Source of the DNA: Candidatus Danuiimicrobium aquiferis
GTDB taxonomy: Bacteria; Omnitrophota; Omnitrophia; Omnitrophales; Danuiimicrobiaceae
Assembly (NCBI GenBank): GCA_001804285.1
Contig: MHFR01000060.1
Location: 34,442-98,441 of the forward strand
DNA length: 64,000 bases
Direction of reading: 5' to 3'
Part shown: positions 9,386 through 20,620 of the stretch, one piece after another
How the letters are laid out: each line of letters opens with the position of its first letter
Position numbering within the stretch: the first letter of the stretch is position 1
Notes under the pieces: model-generated
The model's database searches: none
What the model was told of the DNA's origin: nothing
What the model saw: the letters and a program-made list of their open reading frames with translations, nothing else
Translations under genes and position numbers: made by a program

Positions 9386-9452
9386 TAGCATTTTGAAGTG
9401 ATTAACAAATCCCCCTCACCCCCACCCTCTCCCCGAGGGAGAGGGATAGCCC
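9386..9452. repeat. Family A palindromic repeat copy 2 (degenerate right arm)
   Basis: TAGCATTTTGAAGTG...CCCCCTCACCCCCACCCTCTCCCCGAGGGAGAGGGATAGCC. Same module as 1442-1540. Confidence 0.75.
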
Positions 9453-9491
9453 GCCAAAGGCAAGCCGCGCGAACAATCCAAGAAGGCTTGA

Positions 9492-9953
9492 TTACTTCAT
9501 GTATTTTAGTTCTTCACCCGTCGAGGGATCAAACTGATATCGATCAGGAAAAGTTTGACCAGTCCTTGGATTATATTTCGTATTCACTTCCTGTGGCTGC
9601 ACAACCTGCTGCTGAACCTGAGGTTGAGCATATTGAGGCTGAGCGCCATATTGAGGAGCAGCTCCGGTTTGATACTGCTGCTGCATTAACTCCTGACGCA
9701 TTTCTTTCTTTGCATTTTCTTTAGATCGCCGCATCCCTTCTCCGGCAAGTGCGCCCGCCAAAAGGCCGGCACCGGCACCAATAGCCGTTCCAGCCCCGGC
9801 GTGTCCCGTTTGATTACCAATAATAGCTCCCATACCTGCCCCAAGACCGGTTCCCAAAAGCGCTCCTGTCTCACGTTCACTGAGACCGCTGCCTTCGGCA
9901 CAACCGGTAAGTGCAAGAATTGAGATCAACAACCAACATGCTGCTTTCTTCAT
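9492..9953 (-). CDS. Glycine-zipper lipoprotein (signal peptide with lipobox LTGC, Gly-zipper region, Q/P-rich tail)
   Basis: 'MKKAACWLLISILALTGC' lipoprotein signal peptide, then 'GTGLGAGMGAIIGNQTGHAGAGTAIGAGAGLLAGALAG'. Confidence 0.65.
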   Translation of the reverse strand: MKKAACWLLISILALTGCAEGSGLSERETGALLGTGLGAGMGAIIGNQTGHAGAGTAIGAGAGLLAGALAGEGMRRSKENAKKEMRQELMQQQYQTGAAPQYGAQPQYAQPQVQQQVVQPQEVNTKYNPRTGQTFPDRYQFDPSTGEELKYMK

Positions 9954-10046
9954 TTTTTCCTCCTTATGATCATTGATAGAAAAATTCCAGTTTTGTGTAC
10001 TATTAACTTTGACGCTTATTCAATCCGTTTTATTCACACCCTAAAA

Positions 10047-10679
10047 TCAGCTGATCACTTCCTTCAATATCACTTTCGCGGCTTCCATTTTTGACACATT
10101 TGCGTACTTCTTTCGAAATCCGCGCCGGCCCAAAAGTAACATTGAGAATCGATTCTTCCCAAAAGGGTTATTGTTCCGGGAAAACCAATTCGCAGCGATA
10201 AAATCCAAATTCTTTTGATTCAATTTTCGAACGGCTTTTCTCTCTACATCCTGTGTATCTAAAGAAAAACCGACGATTAAACGTTTCCCTTTCCGTTTCC
10301 CAAAATATCGTAAAATATCGGGATTAGGTTTAAGGAAAAGTTTAAAGCCTGTTTTAGACTTTGCCATCTTTTGAGTTGCCAAGCGGCTTGGCTTATAATC
10401 GCTAACCGCGGCACTCATGATCAAGAGATCGGTTTTCGGCCAACAACTCATAATGGCGTTTTTCAAATCTTCCGCACTTGTAATGGAAATACATTCCATC
10501 CCCTTCGGTGCAGCTAATGCCGTCGGACCGCTGACAAGCGTCACCTCATGCCCCAAACGTTTTGCTTCGCGCGCCAAAGCATATCCCATTTCACCGGTCG
10601 AAGAATTTGAAATAAATCTCACGGGATCAAGATATTCCCTGGTAGGGCCTGCCGTAATCAAAATCCGGAGCTTCTTCAT
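10047..10679 (-). CDS. coaB: Phosphopantothenate--cysteine ligase CoaB (separate gene; start at the internal 'MKKLRILITAGPTRE')
   Basis: 'ILITAGPTREYLDPVRFISNSSTGEMGYALA' DFP/CoaB motif. The ORF-track N-terminal extension overlaps coaC in another frame. Confidence 0.8.
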   Translation of the reverse strand: MKKLRILITAGPTREYLDPVRFISNSSTGEMGYALAREAKRLGHEVTLVSGPTALAAPKGMECISITSAEDLKNAIMSCWPKTDLLIMSAAVSDYKPSRLATQKMAKSKTGFKLFLKPNPDILRYFGKRKGKRLIVGFSLDTQDVERKAVRKLNQKNLDFIAANWFSRNNNPFGKNRFSMLLLGRRGFRKKYANVSKMEAAKVILKEVIS

Positions 10680-10680
10680 T

Positions 10681-11253
10681 TCAATTGAGCAACCGGTCAA
10701 TATGTTGAAGGATCGAACATGGATCAGCAATGTGCCCAACCGCTTTCCGGCCGCAGGCCAAATCTCCTTCAATCGGATTTTCGAAATGATAATTAAAACG
10801 GCGAAGTTTCTCCATATTTTCCTGCGTCAGTGGATGGTGATACATGTTGTCATTCATCGCAGGAACAATCAAAACCGGCGCTTTTGAAGCCAACACAACC
10901 GACGTCACCAAATCATCGGCAAACCCGGCAGCAAGACGGGCAATGACATTCGCGGTAGCCGGAGCAATTAAAATCAAATCCGCCCGGTCCGCCAAACTCG
11001 TATGGAGCACATTCCATTCTTCGACCGGTGAAAAAGCATCCGCATGAACCTGATTTCCGGTCAGCGAGCGGAACGTCAACGGCGTCACAAATTCCTGCGC
11101 ACATTTCGTCATCAGACAAACGACATCCGCACCTTCCCTTTTAAGTTCTCGCACTAAATCACAGGCGCGGTAAGCTGCGATGCTTCCTGTCACACAAAAA
11201 AGAATCGTTTTCTTTTTTAATTTCCCTTCGGATTTTGCTTTCACTTTTCCCAC
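10681..11253 (-). CDS. coaC: Phosphopantothenoylcysteine decarboxylase CoaC (flavoprotein)
   Basis: '[31 protein letters not shown]...[11 protein letters not shown]' flavoprotein domain. The stop TGA abuts the coaB ATG (TGAAATG). Confidence 0.8.
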   Translation of the reverse strand: MGKVKAKSEGKLKKKTILFCVTGSIAAYRACDLVRELKREGADVVCLMTKCAQEFVTPLTFRSLTGNQVHADAFSPVEEWNVLHTSLADRADLILIAPATANVIARLAAGFADDLVTSVVLASKAPVLIVPAMNDNMYHHPLTQENMEKLRRFNYHFENPIEGDLACGRKAVGHIADPCSILQHIDRLLN

Positions 11254-11296
11254 AGAAACGCCTGCCTTTCAATTTATAAACAATTCTGTTTGGGAT

Positions 11297-11512
11297 TTAT
11301 TTCTTGGATTTCGATTTTTCTTTTGGAACTTCCACCCGGATTTTCTGGATAGCGATCTCCTGCAATGCAATGGTTGCCGGTTTGAATTTTCCCGGCACAT
11401 CCATGACAGACACCGCTCCGCTCGTCAGGTCGTTTGCCCGACGCGCGGCAACCAAGACAAGGCGAAAACGATTTGATTCCGTTTTTCTTAATCCTTCAAT
11501 GGGTATATTCAT
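11297..11512 (-). CDS. rpoZ: DNA-directed RNA polymerase subunit omega
   Basis: 'RFRLVLVAARRANDL' RpoZ signature. 71 aa. Confidence 0.85.
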   Translation of the reverse strand: MNIPIEGLRKTESNRFRLVLVAARRANDLTSGAVSVMDVPGKFKPATIALQEIAIQKIRVEVPKEKSKSKK

Positions 11513-12134
11513 GTTTTAATATCTCCTCTATCTCTTTGACTGTTTGACTAACTCTTTGATTAACTACCGCATATTGATACAAAGAACTGGCGGCCATTTC
11601 CTTCTTGGCCATTTTCAACCGGCATTCGAGCTCGCTTTTCCTCTCCGTTTTTCGCATGACAAGCCTTCGCCCCAATTCCTCTATCGAAGGCGGCATAATA
11701 AAAATCGTGATGAGGGGCAACTTCCCTTTCACTCTCCGGCAAACCTTCTTCATCCCTTGAATATCAATAATCAGAACAACGTATTTTCCACGCGCAACAT
11801 ATTGCTGAACAAATTCTTTTGACGTCCCATACGTGTAATGGAAAACCGGGGCCGTTTCCAGAAAAAATCCACGGCGCTTTTTCGCGTTAAATTCATCTTT
11901 CGAAATAAAAAAATAATCGCGGCCGTTCTTTTCGCCGGAACGCGGCGGCCGCGTCGTATAGGAAACCGATCGGATGCATCGTTTATTCTTCCGCAAGAGC
12001 TGCCGAACAACCGTTGTCTTCCCGCATCCCGATGGCGCCGAAACAATCACTAACTTGCCAAATTTTTTCTTCATTTTCCGTTTCAACCTGCTCAGTTTCG
12101 CTTCCACAAAAACGCAGACCGGAATATTATTCAA
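11496..12134 (-). CDS. gmk: Guanylate kinase (start may be at the internal 'MKKKFGKLVIVSAPSG')
   Basis: P-loop 'SAPSGCGKTT', 'SYTTRPPRSGE', 'GRDYFFIS' Gmk motifs. Confidence 0.9.
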   Translation of the reverse strand: MNNIPVCVFVEAKLSRLKRKMKKKFGKLVIVSAPSGCGKTTVVRQLLRKNKRCIRSVSYTTRPPRSGEKNGRDYFFISKDEFNAKKRRGFFLETAPVFHYTYGTSKEFVQQYVARGKYVVLIIDIQGMKKVCRRVKGKLPLITIFIMPPSIEELGRRLVMRKTERKSELECRLKMAKKEMAASSLYQYAVVNQRVSQTVKEIEEILKHEYTH

Positions 12135-13005
12135 CGTTTTGAACTTGCTCGCGAATTTTTTCTATTTCACTCTTGATCCGAATCACATCCGCGGAAATAG
12201 CTGAATCCTGAGATTTCGACCCGATCGTATTCACTTCGCGGTTCATTTCCTGCGCTATAAAATCCAACTCTTTTCCAACTTCATTTCCCCTCCGGATCAA
12301 AGAATGGAAGTGTTTCAAGTGGTTTCCGAGCCGCACAATTTCTTCCGTCACGTCCATCCGTTCCGCCATCATGGCGACTTCATGCTCGATCCGTTTTTCG
12401 TCTATCGCCGCATTTCCGATGAGCTCCGAAATTTTGTCTTTCAAACGGACAAATTGTTTTTCGGCCGTCTTAACCGTTTCTTTCTGAATCCGGTCAACCG
12501 AGCCGGTGATCAGATCAAGCCGCTTGTCAAAATCACGGACAAGCGCCAAACCTTCTTTTTCTCTCGAACGAACCAAGTTCCGGAGCGTGCCGTCTAAAAC
12601 TCCTTTGAAACCATTCCAAAGCGCCTCGCTGTCGTTTTCTCTGGTTTGAGAAACAAACACATTCGGAATGGCAAGCAGCGTATTGACATTCATTTTTCCT
12701 TCGAGGCAGAATTTCTTTTGAATTTTTTGAATATTCCGGAGATAAAACGCAACTTTCTTCTCATCCAGAGTCAAATGATCCTGTGCGTCATTTCCGTTTT
12801 TTAACGCAACTGAAATTGAAATTTTTCCGCGCTTAACACGATCCCGAATAATATCGCGAATCTTTCCCTCAAAACTCAGCAGGACATTGGGTAACCGGCT
12901 TGTGAATTCAAAAAATCGATGATTCCACGTTCGAATTTCAATATGCCACCGGACGGGTAATTTCCCTCCACGAGCCTGGCCATAGCCTGTCATGCTTCTA
13001 ATCAT
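12127..13005 (-). CDS. yicC: YicC-family stress-induced protein (UPF0701)
   Basis: Begins 'MIRSMTGYG', the YicC hallmark. Conserved yicC-gmk-rpoZ synteny. Confidence 0.85.
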   Translation of the reverse strand: MIRSMTGYGQARGGKLPVRWHIEIRTWNHRFFEFTSRLPNVLLSFEGKIRDIIRDRVKRGKISISVALKNGNDAQDHLTLDEKKVAFYLRNIQKIQKKFCLEGKMNVNTLLAIPNVFVSQTRENDSEALWNGFKGVLDGTLRNLVRSREKEGLALVRDFDKRLDLITGSVDRIQKETVKTAEKQFVRLKDKISELIGNAAIDEKRIEHEVAMMAERMDVTEEIVRLGNHLKHFHSLIRRGNEVGKELDFIAQEMNREVNTIGSKSQDSAISADVIRIKSEIEKIREQVQNVE

Positions 13006-13140
13006 AAATAAAATAGCTTCAAGTCCTTTTATGGTAACGGGTTGCGATTATTAAGATTTTGCGTGGTTTAGTATTATATGGTTGAACTTTACCTGTGTCA
13101 AGAGAATGAATTTTTCGCAGATTTCGAAAAAATTCCTCTT

Positions 13141-13225
13141 AGCCCGGACTTCTCATCGCTAATGAGAAATTTCGCTCGGAAGCTCTTCAAAAACTTTTTG
13201 AGCGGCTTCGGCTGGATTTTTGGCT
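13141..13225. repeat. Family B MITE-like element, partial copy B1 (terminal module AGCCCGGACTTCTCATCGCTAATGAGAAAT plus palindrome TCAAAAACTTTTTGA)
   Basis: The terminal inverted-repeat module is shared with copies at 36104, 40416, 44469, 48631 and 54101. It supplies the last codons and the stop (..ISH*) of pyrF. Confidence 0.75.
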
Positions 13226-13902
13226 TGAGTAATCGGCCTGCCGACAACGATGTAATCCGATCCCAATTCAAAGGCTTGCTTTGGCGTAACAATACGGGAC
13301 TGATCCTGTTTTTCCGACCATGCAGGACGGATACCGGGCGTGACGAGCATGAAGGATTTCCCCAATTCAGCTCTGATGGCCGCAACTTCCTTGGCCGAGG
13401 CAACAACCCCATCAAGCCCGGTTTTTTGAGCAAGCGTTGCGTATCGAAGAACTGTTTCTTCAACCGTACCCGGAATTCCGACTTCCCCGTTCATTTCTTC
13501 CTGATTTAAACTTGTAAGCACCGTAACGCCGATCAGTTTAGGCGCAGCAATATTATTCTTCCGGGCCTCTTCTGCCGAAGCGATACAAGCCTCCTGCAAC
13601 ATTCGCAGCCCACCTGAAATATGCACGTTAAACATAAACACACCCATCTTCGCCGCCATCCTTGCCGCACCCGCAACCGTATTCGGAATATCGTGAAATT
13701 TTAAATCAAGGAAAACCTGTGCGCCGGCTTCGTGAACCATGTCGACTACTTTGGGCCCGCAGGCCGTAAAAAGTTCTGCTCCGACTTTAAAAATTTTGAT
13801 TGAATCCTTCAGTTTCTTAACGAGCTGCTTGGCCTTCCGCAGCGTATCCGTATCCAGCGCCACAATGACCCGTTCTCTATAATTCATGCTTTCATTTTCC
13901 AT
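13159..13902 (-). CDS. pyrF: Orotidine 5'-phosphate decarboxylase
   Basis: 'VIVALDTDTL...FKVGAELF...LDLKFHDIPNTV' OMPdecase motifs. The C-terminal 'EISH*' is encoded by repeat B1. Confidence 0.9.
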   Translation of the reverse strand: MENESMNYRERVIVALDTDTLRKAKQLVKKLKDSIKIFKVGAELFTACGPKVVDMVHEAGAQVFLDLKFHDIPNTVAGAARMAAKMGVFMFNVHISGGLRMLQEACIASAEEARKNNIAAPKLIGVTVLTSLNQEEMNGEVGIPGTVEETVLRYATLAQKTGLDGVVASAKEVAAIRAELGKSFMLVTPGIRPAWSEKQDQSRIVTPKQAFELGSDYIVVGRPITQAKNPAEAAQKVFEELPSEISH

Positions 13903-13949
13903 TTCACGCCGTCTTTCTTTTAAGATTCATGAGAACCGATTTCATATGT

Positions 13950-14165
13950 TATTGCGAGGCCGGCGCCGTAGGCGACCGGAACATCGTCTCGCAATGACGC
14001 CTTAAGATTTATGTAACTGTGTTCTCAACCTGACCGTTTTTTTTGATTGAGCAGTTTACAACACTTTATGCTGCGTCATTCCCGAAAGCTTTTGTCGGGA
14101 ATCTACAGCCTTAGATTCCCGCTTAAAACTTGCGGGAATGACAAAAAACCGGTCAACCTGAGTAA
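13950..14165. promoter_or_regulatory. Cluster of nested hairpins in the pyrD-pyrF intergenic region (ATTGCGAG...CTCGCAAT; GTCATTCCCGAAAGCTTTTGTCGGGAAT; ATTCCCGCTTAAAACTTGCGGGAATGAC)
   Basis: Direct reading. Function unknown: terminator, attenuator, or REP-like. Confidence 0.5.
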
Positions 14166-14170
14166 CTGTT

Positions 14171-15121
14171 TTATCCGGCCGGAATGCAATTCCGGCCGTC
14201 TCGCCCGGCTTCTGGCTTCAGCGTTCCGCGCAAATCATCAATCTTCTGAATCCGTTTTTCTTTCATGTAGGATTTGATCCCGTCCAAAACGTCCATCGTG
14301 GCGCGCGGATTGATAAAATTGGCTGTTCCCACCGCAATCAAATCCGCACCGGTAATCAAAAACTCGAGCGCATCCGCGGCGTTTGTAATTCCGCCCATCG
14401 AAAGAACCGGGATATGAAACCGCTGTTTGACTTCATATAAGTACCGCAACGCGACCGGCCGGATTGCCGGACCGCTTAGCCCGCCGAAAATCCGGGCCAG
14501 TTTTGGTTTACGCGTTTCAATATCAACCGCCATCCCGCGAATCGTATTCATTAAGCTCAGCGCATTGGTGCCAGCGCGGATACAGGCATCCGCCACCCGC
14601 AAAAGGTCAAAACCTTCAGGAGAAAGTTTTGTAAATATCGGAAGCGCCGTTACGTCACGCACCGCTTTCACGAGTTCATAAGCCAGTTCAGGATTCGCAC
14701 AAAAAGAAAGGCCCTTTTTGACATTCGGGCAGGAAATATTTAGCTCCAACGCTTTAACACCGTTTTCTTTTTGAAGCCTTTCGGCAAGATAAACATAATC
14801 CTCAACGGAATCTCCGGCGATATTTACGATTAAATTTGTTTTCAATTTCCGGAAAAACGGGATTTTGTTTTCAATAAAATCTTCAAGCCCCTTATTTTGA
14901 AGCCCGATGGCGTTCAGCATGCCGCTTGGAGTTTCGCAAATCCGCGGCATGGGGTTCCCTTCTCTCGGTAACCGGGTAATGGTTTTTGTAATCACGGCCC
15001 CGAGTTTATTATAATTAACAAAAGACGCATATTCATCTTTCGTTCCGAACGTCCCGGACGCAACCGTGACCGGATTTGTAAACGTCAGGTTTCCGATTTT
15101 CGTCGTCAAATCAATTTTCAT
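14171..15121 (-). CDS. pyrD: Dihydroorotate dehydrogenase, class 1B catalytic subunit
   Basis: 'TNPVTVASGTFG', 'NISCPN', 'GGIT' motifs. Adjacent to pyrK. Confidence 0.9.
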   Translation of the reverse strand: MKIDLTTKIGNLTFTNPVTVASGTFGTKDEYASFVNYNKLGAVITKTITRLPREGNPMPRICETPSGMLNAIGLQNKGLEDFIENKIPFFRKLKTNLIVNIAGDSVEDYVYLAERLQKENGVKALELNISCPNVKKGLSFCANPELAYELVKAVRDVTALPIFTKLSPEGFDLLRVADACIRAGTNALSLMNTIRGMAVDIETRKPKLARIFGGLSGPAIRPVALRYLYEVKQRFHIPVLSMGGITNAADALEFLITGADLIAVGTANFINPRATMDVLDGIKSYMKEKRIQKIDDLRGTLKPEAGRDGRNCIPAG

Positions 15122-15133
15122 CTCGCCATCCTT

Positions 15134-15904
15134 TTATGGAAGTTCCTCAAAAGAAAATACCGGCCCGTCATGGCAACTCGTCTTGCGTCCTTCCTTCGTT
15201 TCAACCACGCAACCCAGGCAAGCTCCGATTCCGCATGCCATCCGCTCATCAAATGACAATTCCCCGTCAACACCAACCGTGCGCGCCATTCGCATCACCG
15301 CTTCCATCATTGCTTTCGGGCCGCAGGTTTGAATGAAAAGTTTCTTCGGATTATTCTCTTTCAATATCTTTTCGAGAAGTTTGGTCACAAACCCCTTCGT
15401 TCCGCACGAACCATCTTCCGTCGCGTAAGAAACCAAGTTTTTCAACTTGCTTAATTCTGTTTTTGGAAGAATGGCGTCATCTGACTGACAGCCGAACAAC
15501 AAAATGGGCGGAGTTGAATCGGATAATTTCGTTTTTCCGGCAAGGAAAATGAGAGGCGGAACACCGCATCCGCCACCGACTAAAATTCTTCGCTTCGCGC
15601 CGATTTTTTGAGAGAAACCTTTCCCCAACGGTCCCAGAATTTTGAGCGTGCTCCCGCGCTTTTTCTGCGATAATTTTTCCGTCCCGCAGCCGACCACTTC
15701 ATAAAGAATTTCTACCTTAGGTCCACTGACACGGTAATAACTAAACGGTCGCCGCCAAAGCGGGGCTGTCGAATTTTCGATTTGAATATTGAGAAATTGA
15801 CCGGGGCGAACATTGTCGGAAAGTTTGGAAGATGAAAACGTCAGCTTCCAATACACCGCGTTGATCTTTTTATTTTCTAAAATCTCTACGGTTACATCAT
15901 GCAT
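15134..15904 (-). CDS. pyrK: Dihydroorotate dehydrogenase electron-transfer subunit PyrK (FAD/[2Fe-2S]); start taken at the internal 'MHDVTVEIL'
   Basis: C-terminal '[13 protein letters not shown]' cluster motif. FNR-like fold. The upstream ORF-track extension overlaps carB. Confidence 0.8.
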   Translation of the reverse strand: MHDVTVEILENKKINAVYWKLTFSSSKLSDNVRPGQFLNIQIENSTAPLWRRPFSYYRVSGPKVEILYEVVGCGTEKLSQKKRGSTLKILGPLGKGFSQKIGAKRRILVGGGCGVPPLIFLAGKTKLSDSTPPILLFGCQSDDAILPKTELSKLKNLVSYATEDGSCGTKGFVTKLLEKILKENNPKKLFIQTCGPKAMMEAVMRMARTVGVDGELSFDERMACGIGACLGCVVETKEGRKTSCHDGPVFSFEELP

Positions 15905-18900
15905 GAAAATTTCGCCTTGGCTCCGACACTTTTCAAGTACGCTTGCAACGGTTTCACGGAAAGCCCTTTTTCTCTGAAAGAATCGATCGCTTGGACAACG
16001 GCACGCGCGGCATTGATGGTGGTCACACATGGCACATTAAAAGAAACTGCAAGTGATCTTATTTTAGCTTCGTCCTGCATCGGCCCTTTCCCCGTCGGCG
16101 TATTGATGACAAGCGCAACTTCCTTGGCGCGAATACGGTCCGTAATATTGGGCTCCCCCTCAGAAATCTTCTTGACCCTTTCGGATTCAATTCCGTGCTC
16201 TGCCAAATAGGCTCCGGTGCCTTGCGTTGTGATCAACTGATACCCTTGTTTAATCAATTTTTTTGCAATCGGAAGCATCTTTGCCTTATCTGACTCCATC
16301 ACACTCAAAAAAATCTTTCCTGACATCGGAATTTCCGAATAAGCGGCCACCTGTGCTTTATAGTAAGCAAGGCCAAAGTCTTCATCAATCCCCATAACTT
16401 CACCCGTCGACTTCATCTCGGGTGATAAAATTATATCAACTCCTGGAAACTTCACAAAGGGAAATACTGATTCTTTAATTGAAAAATAAGGGGGAATCAC
16501 TTCGTTCGAAAACCCCAATGTTCTTAGTGTCTTTCCAACCATGACCTGCGCAGCAAGTTTTGCAAGCGGGACACCGATCGCCTTGCTCACAAACGGGACG
16601 GTCCGGGACGCCCGGGGATTTACTTCGAGACAATAAATCTGGCCGTGCTGAATCGCATATTGAACATTCATCAGCCCAACCACTTTGAGTTCGGCAGCAA
16701 TCTTTTTCGTTTTTTCTACAAGCTCATCAATTTTTTCCTTGCTTAGCGAAAAGGGCGGAAGCGCCATCGCTGCATCGCCCGAATGGACTCCGGCCTCCTC
16801 TATATGCTCAAGAATTCCGCCGACAACGTAGGTTTCGCCGTCTCCGATTAAATCCACATCAATCTCAATCGCGTCCTCGAGAAATTTATCAATCAACACT
16901 GCATTTTTGTCACTCGCTTCAACCGCCGTTACAATATATTTACGGAGTTGTTCTTCATCGTAGACAATTTCCATCGCGCGGCCGCCCAACACATAGGAAG
17001 GCCGAATCAAAACCGGATATCCGACTTTTTTCGCCATCACGATCGCTTCTTCGGGCGTGAATACAATTTCGCTTTTCGGCTGGTGGACACCGATCCGCTC
17101 GAGAAGATCCCGGAACTTTTGCCGGTCTTCGGCAAAATCGATCGAAGCCGTTGACGTCCCTAAAATCTTCAAACCATTCTCTTCGAGCCCTTTACAAAGG
17201 TTGAGCGGCGTTTGCCCGCCCAACTGGACAATGACGCCGCAGGGCTTTTCGCGATCGGCAATGTTGAGAATATCTTCGAGCGTCACCGGTTCGAAAAATA
17301 ATTTATCGGATGTGTCGTAATCCGTACTGACGGTTTCGGGATTCGAATTCACCATAATAGTTTCGTATCCGAGGCCCCTCAATGCGATGGCTGCCTGCAC
17401 GCAACAATAATCGAACTCGATTCCCTGTCCTATCCGGTTGGGACCGCCGCCGAGAATCATCACTTTCCTTTTAGCGCTCGGAATCGTCTCGTCTTCATCT
17501 TCATAAGTTGAATAGAAATACGGCGTAAACGCTTTAAATTCTGCCGCGCAAGTATCAACGAGTTTATACACAGACTCAATATTTTTCGATTTCCGGAGCT
17601 TGCGAATTTCCAGATCTTTTTTCCCAAAACAAAATCCGATTTGAAAGTCCGAAAAACCATAGCGTTTCGCTTGTTTAAGGATTTGCCGGAAAGATTCAGA
17701 ATCCACATCGGGTTTATTCCCAAGCAGAAGCAATTCCTTTTCCAAATCAATAATCTGCCGCAGCTGTTCAAGAAACCAAATATCAACTTTTGTTGCATCA
17801 AAAATATCTTTCGCGGAATAACCCGCGTAAAAAGCATATTTAATATAAAAAATTCGGTCCGCCCGGGGAATTTTGATTCGCTCGAGAATTTTCCGCCGCA
17901 ACGCTTCGTCGCGCGGCGCTCCTTCGATAAATTGAACCAACGTTTCCCTCGACTCCAGCTTCAATCCAAATACATCATCCCGGCCGTCACAGCCGAACCC
18001 CATCCGTTTAATTTCAAGGCCTCGCATTCCTTTCTGAAAAGCTTCTTTAAATGTCCGCCCGAGCGCCATGGTTTCGCCAACGGACTTCATCTGCGTCCCG
18101 AGCGTATCATTGACACCCTCGAATTTTTCAAACGCAAATCTCGGAATTTTGACCACGCAGTAATCGATCGACGGCTCAAAACCGGCCGGCGTATATTTCG
18201 TAATATCATTCGGAATTTCATCGAGGGTCAGGCCGACCGCAAGTTTCGCGGCAAACTTCGCGATCGGAAACCCTGTAGCTTTCGAAGCAAGCGCTGACGA
18301 ACGCGACACGCGCGGATTCATTTCAATCACCACAAGCCGCCCCGTCTCCGGGTGAACGGCAAATTGAATATTCGAGCCGCCGGTTTCAACGCCGATCTCC
18401 GAAATGATTTTCCGGGCTGCGTCACGCATCCGCTGATATTCTTTGTCCGTCAATGTCTGCGCCGGCGCCACGGTAATCGAATCGCCCGTATGAATTCCCA
18501 TCGGATCAAAATTCTCAATCGAGCAAATGACGACGAAATTGTCTTTACAATCTCTCATCACTTCCAGTTCAAATTCTTTCCATCCGATCACCGATTCTTC
18601 AATCAAAACTTCTTTGACCATGCTGTATTCGAGGCCGAGCCGGGCAACCCGCTTTAAATCATCTTCGTTATAGCAAATTCCGCTTCCGGAACCGCCGAGT
18701 GTAAAACTTGGCCGGACAATGACGGGAAATCCGAGCGTTTTCGCAATCTCAAGCGCGTCTTCGACCGAACGAGCACATTCCGATCTTGGTAAATCAAGCC
18801 CAATTTTCTGCATCGCATTATGGAATGCGGATCGGTCTTCTGCCTTTTTGATGGCCTCGTATTTCACGCCGATCATTTCAACGCCGTATTTCGTGAATAT

Positions 18901-19218
18901 TCCGCGTTCATAAGCTTCAACGGCTTGATTCAGTCCGGTTTGCCCGCCCATCGTCGGCAGACACGCGTCCGGCCGTTCAATCTGGATAATTTTTTCAAGC
19001 ACATCGGCTGTAATCGGTTCGATGTAAGTCCGGTTCGCCACGTTCGGATCGGTCATAATTGTCGCGGGATTGGAATTCACCAGAACGACTTCATAACCTT
19101 CCTCACGAAGCGCTTTGCAGGCCTGCGTGCCCGAATAATCAAATTCACACGCCTGCCCGATGATGATCGGCCCCGAACCGATAATGAGGATTTTCTTAAT
19201 GTCTTTTCTCTTGGGCAT
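15892..19218 (-). CDS. carB: Carbamoyl-phosphate synthase large subunit (start taken at '[18 protein letters not shown]')
   Basis: Two ATP-grasp halves plus an MGS-like domain. '[21 protein letters not shown]' and second repeat '[20 protein letters not shown]'. Confidence 0.95.
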   Translation of the reverse strand: MPKRKDIKKILIIGSGPIIIGQACEFDYSGTQACKALREEGYEVVLVNSNPATIMTDPNVANRTYIEPITADVLEKIIQIERPDACLPTMGGQTGLNQAVEAYERGIFTKYGVEMIGVKYEAIKKAEDRSAFHNAMQKIGLDLPRSECARSVEDALEIAKTLGFPVIVRPSFTLGGSGSGICYNEDDLKRVARLGLEYSMVKEVLIEESVIGWKEFELEVMRDCKDNFVVICSIENFDPMGIHTGDSITVAPAQTLTDKEYQRMRDAARKIISEIGVETGGSNIQFAVHPETGRLVVIEMNPRVSRSSALASKATGFPIAKFAAKLAVGLTLDEIPNDITKYTPAGFEPSIDYCVVKIPRFAFEKFEGVNDTLGTQMKSVGETMALGRTFKEAFQKGMRGLEIKRMGFGCDGRDDVFGLKLESRETLVQFIEGAPRDEALRRKILERIKIPRADRIFYIKYAFYAGYSAKDIFDATKVDIWFLEQLRQIIDLEKELLLLGNKPDVDSESFRQILKQAKRYGFSDFQIGFCFGKKDLEIRKLRKSKNIESVYKLVDTCAAEFKAFTPYFYSTYEDEDETIPSAKRKVMILGGGPNRIGQGIEFDYCCVQAAIALRGLGYETIMVNSNPETVSTDYDTSDKLFFEPVTLEDILNIADREKPCGVIVQLGGQTPLNLCKGLEENGLKILGTSTASIDFAEDRQKFRDLLERIGVHQPKSEIVFTPEEAIVMAKKVGYPVLIRPSYVLGGRAMEIVYDEEQLRKYIVTAVEASDKNAVLIDKFLEDAIEIDVDLIGDGETYVVGGILEHIEEAGVHSGDAAMALPPFSLSKEKIDELVEKTKKIAAELKVVGLMNVQYAIQHGQIYCLEVNPRASRTVPFVSKAIGVPLAKLAAQVMVGKTLRTLGFSNEVIPPYFSIKESVFPFVKFPGVDIILSPEMKSTGEVMGIDEDFGLAYYKAQVAAYSEIPMSGKIFLSVMESDKAKMLPIAKKLIKQGYQLITTQGTGAYLAEHGIESERVKKISEGEPNITDRIRAKEVALVINTPTGKGPMQDEAKIRSLAVSFNVPCVTTINAARAVVQAIDSFREKGLSVKPLQAYLKSVGAKAKFSCMM

Positions 19219-19222
19219 CTGC

Positions 19223-20362
19223 TTACCAAACTCCCCGGTCAATCATTTGATAGAACCGTTTAAATAAATAATCCGAATCATGCGGCCCCGGCGAATTTTC
19301 AGGGTGGTATTGAACCGAAAACACCGGAAACTTTTCATGCCGCAGTCCTTCCACGGTCTGATCGTTTAAATTGAGGTGCGACACTCTGGCTTCGTTTCCG
19401 GGAAGCGAACCGGCATCCACGCAAAATCCGTGATTCTGGGAAGTGATTTCAAAAAGACCGGTTTTCAAATCTTTGACTGGATGATTTCCGCCGCGATGGC
19501 CGAATTTCAATTTAAATGTTTTTCCGCCGAGCGCGAGTCCGAGCATTTGATGGCCCAGGCAAATTCCGAAAACCGGAACTTTCCCCAGCAATTTTTGCAT
19601 TCCTTGCCACACATATGTCACCGGCTCCGGGTCTCCGGGCCCATTGGAGTAAAAAACACCGTCCGGCTTCAATTTTAAAATTTCTTCTGCTGTAGTCGTT
19701 GCCGGAACCACATGCACACGGAAACCATGCTGTACTAATTTCCGGAGAATATTGAGTTTAATACCGCAATCCACGCACACAACCGAATATTTTTTATCCG
19801 TCTTCACCACTTCATCCGGCCAGGTAAATTCCGGCATCAGGGTTTCGTTGAAATCGTAAAACGCCGCACATGTAACTTTCTTCACTAAATCAATCCCGAC
19901 AATACTCGGCGATGCTTTCGCCTTTTCAACCAGACTTTTCGAATCCAAATCCACGGAAGAAATGACACCTTTCTTGGCCCCAAAATCGCGCAGGTGTTTG
20001 ACGAGTTTTCTCGTGTCAACTTCCTGAATCCCGATAATTTTGTTCCGTTTCAAATATTGATCCAAATCCTCTTCGGACCGCCAATTGCTCACCACGGGAC
20101 TGAGTTCCCTGACAACAAATCCTTCCACCCAAGGACGCCGGGATTCCGCATCCGCCTGATTAATCCCATAATTTCCGATGTGCGGATTCGTCATCGTCAC
20201 AATCTGTCCCGCGTAAGACGGATCCGTCAAAATTTCCTGATATCCCGAAAGCGACGTATTGAAAACTACTTCACCATAAGACTCTCCTTCAAATCCAAAG
20301 TGAACCCCTTCCAGGATCAGGCCGTCTTCCAGTGCTAAAATTGCTTTTTTAATCATTCCCAT
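19223..20362 (-). CDS. carA: Carbamoyl-phosphate synthase small subunit (glutamine amidotransferase)
   Basis: 'GICLGHQ' GATase triad motif. CarA N-domain. Confidence 0.95.
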   Translation of the reverse strand: MGMIKKAILALEDGLILEGVHFGFEGESYGEVVFNTSLSGYQEILTDPSYAGQIVTMTNPHIGNYGINQADAESRRPWVEGFVVRELSPVVSNWRSEEDLDQYLKRNKIIGIQEVDTRKLVKHLRDFGAKKGVISSVDLDSKSLVEKAKASPSIVGIDLVKKVTCAAFYDFNETLMPEFTWPDEVVKTDKKYSVVCVDCGIKLNILRKLVQHGFRVHVVPATTTAEEILKLKPDGVFYSNGPGDPEPVTYVWQGMQKLLGKVPVFGICLGHQMLGLALGGKTFKLKFGHRGGNHPVKDLKTGLFEITSQNHGFCVDAGSLPGNEARVSHLNLNDQTVEGLRHEKFPVFSVQYHPENSPGPHDSDYLFKRFYQMIDRGVW

Positions 20363-20430
20363 TCACCCGTTTATCCTATTTCGCTTACACACTTCCCGCA
20401 TTTCTAAATTTGTGAACAATCTTGATCCTT

Positions 20431-20500
20431 GATTCTGAAGTTGACTATCGCCCCTCACCCCTGCCCTCTCCCCAAGGGAGAGGGTTAGGGTGAGGGGGAT
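20431..20500. repeat. Family A palindromic repeat copy 3 (CCCCTCACCCCTGCCCTCTCCCCAAGGGAGAGGGTTAGGGTGAGGGGG), inverted orientation relative to copy 1
   Basis: The flank GAAGTTGACTATCG matches the reverse complement of the copy-1 flank. Its translation gives the spurious 'PLPWGEGRGEGR' ORF. Confidence 0.8.
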
Positions 20501-20620
20501 TTATTAATAATACCTCAGAAATCACTACGCCTACGTACCATAACGCATTTCGGCGTGCAGGACTCTTCGCGATAACGCTATTAGTCAGTCCGAAGAAAAA
20601 TGCTGCTGGCGGTAAATATA

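Noticed and set aside
10047-10772. Possible frameshifted bifunctional coaBC (ORF-track CoaB extends 31 codons upstream, overlapping CoaC)
   Set aside because: The extension has no similarity to the CoaBC linker. A canonical ATG for CoaB follows the CoaC stop by one base, so two separate genes are more parsimonious.
13098-13463. ORF-track entries translating the family B repeat (13098..13463, 40365..40577, 54063..54293, 54126..54341; shared peptides like 'LISDEKSGL', 'LIAPKATFSSIHKIDEKVGL')
   Set aside because: They lie entirely within the multi-copy palindromic non-coding elements, overlap real genes (pyrF), and are conserved only as nucleotide repeats.
17641-18297. 218-aa ORF antisense to carB, plus other antisense ORFs inside carB/pyrC (e.g. 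21125..21670, 181 aa)
   Set aside because: They are embedded within strongly supported long CDSs on the opposite strand. They have arginine-rich, low-complexity composition typical of antisense frames.
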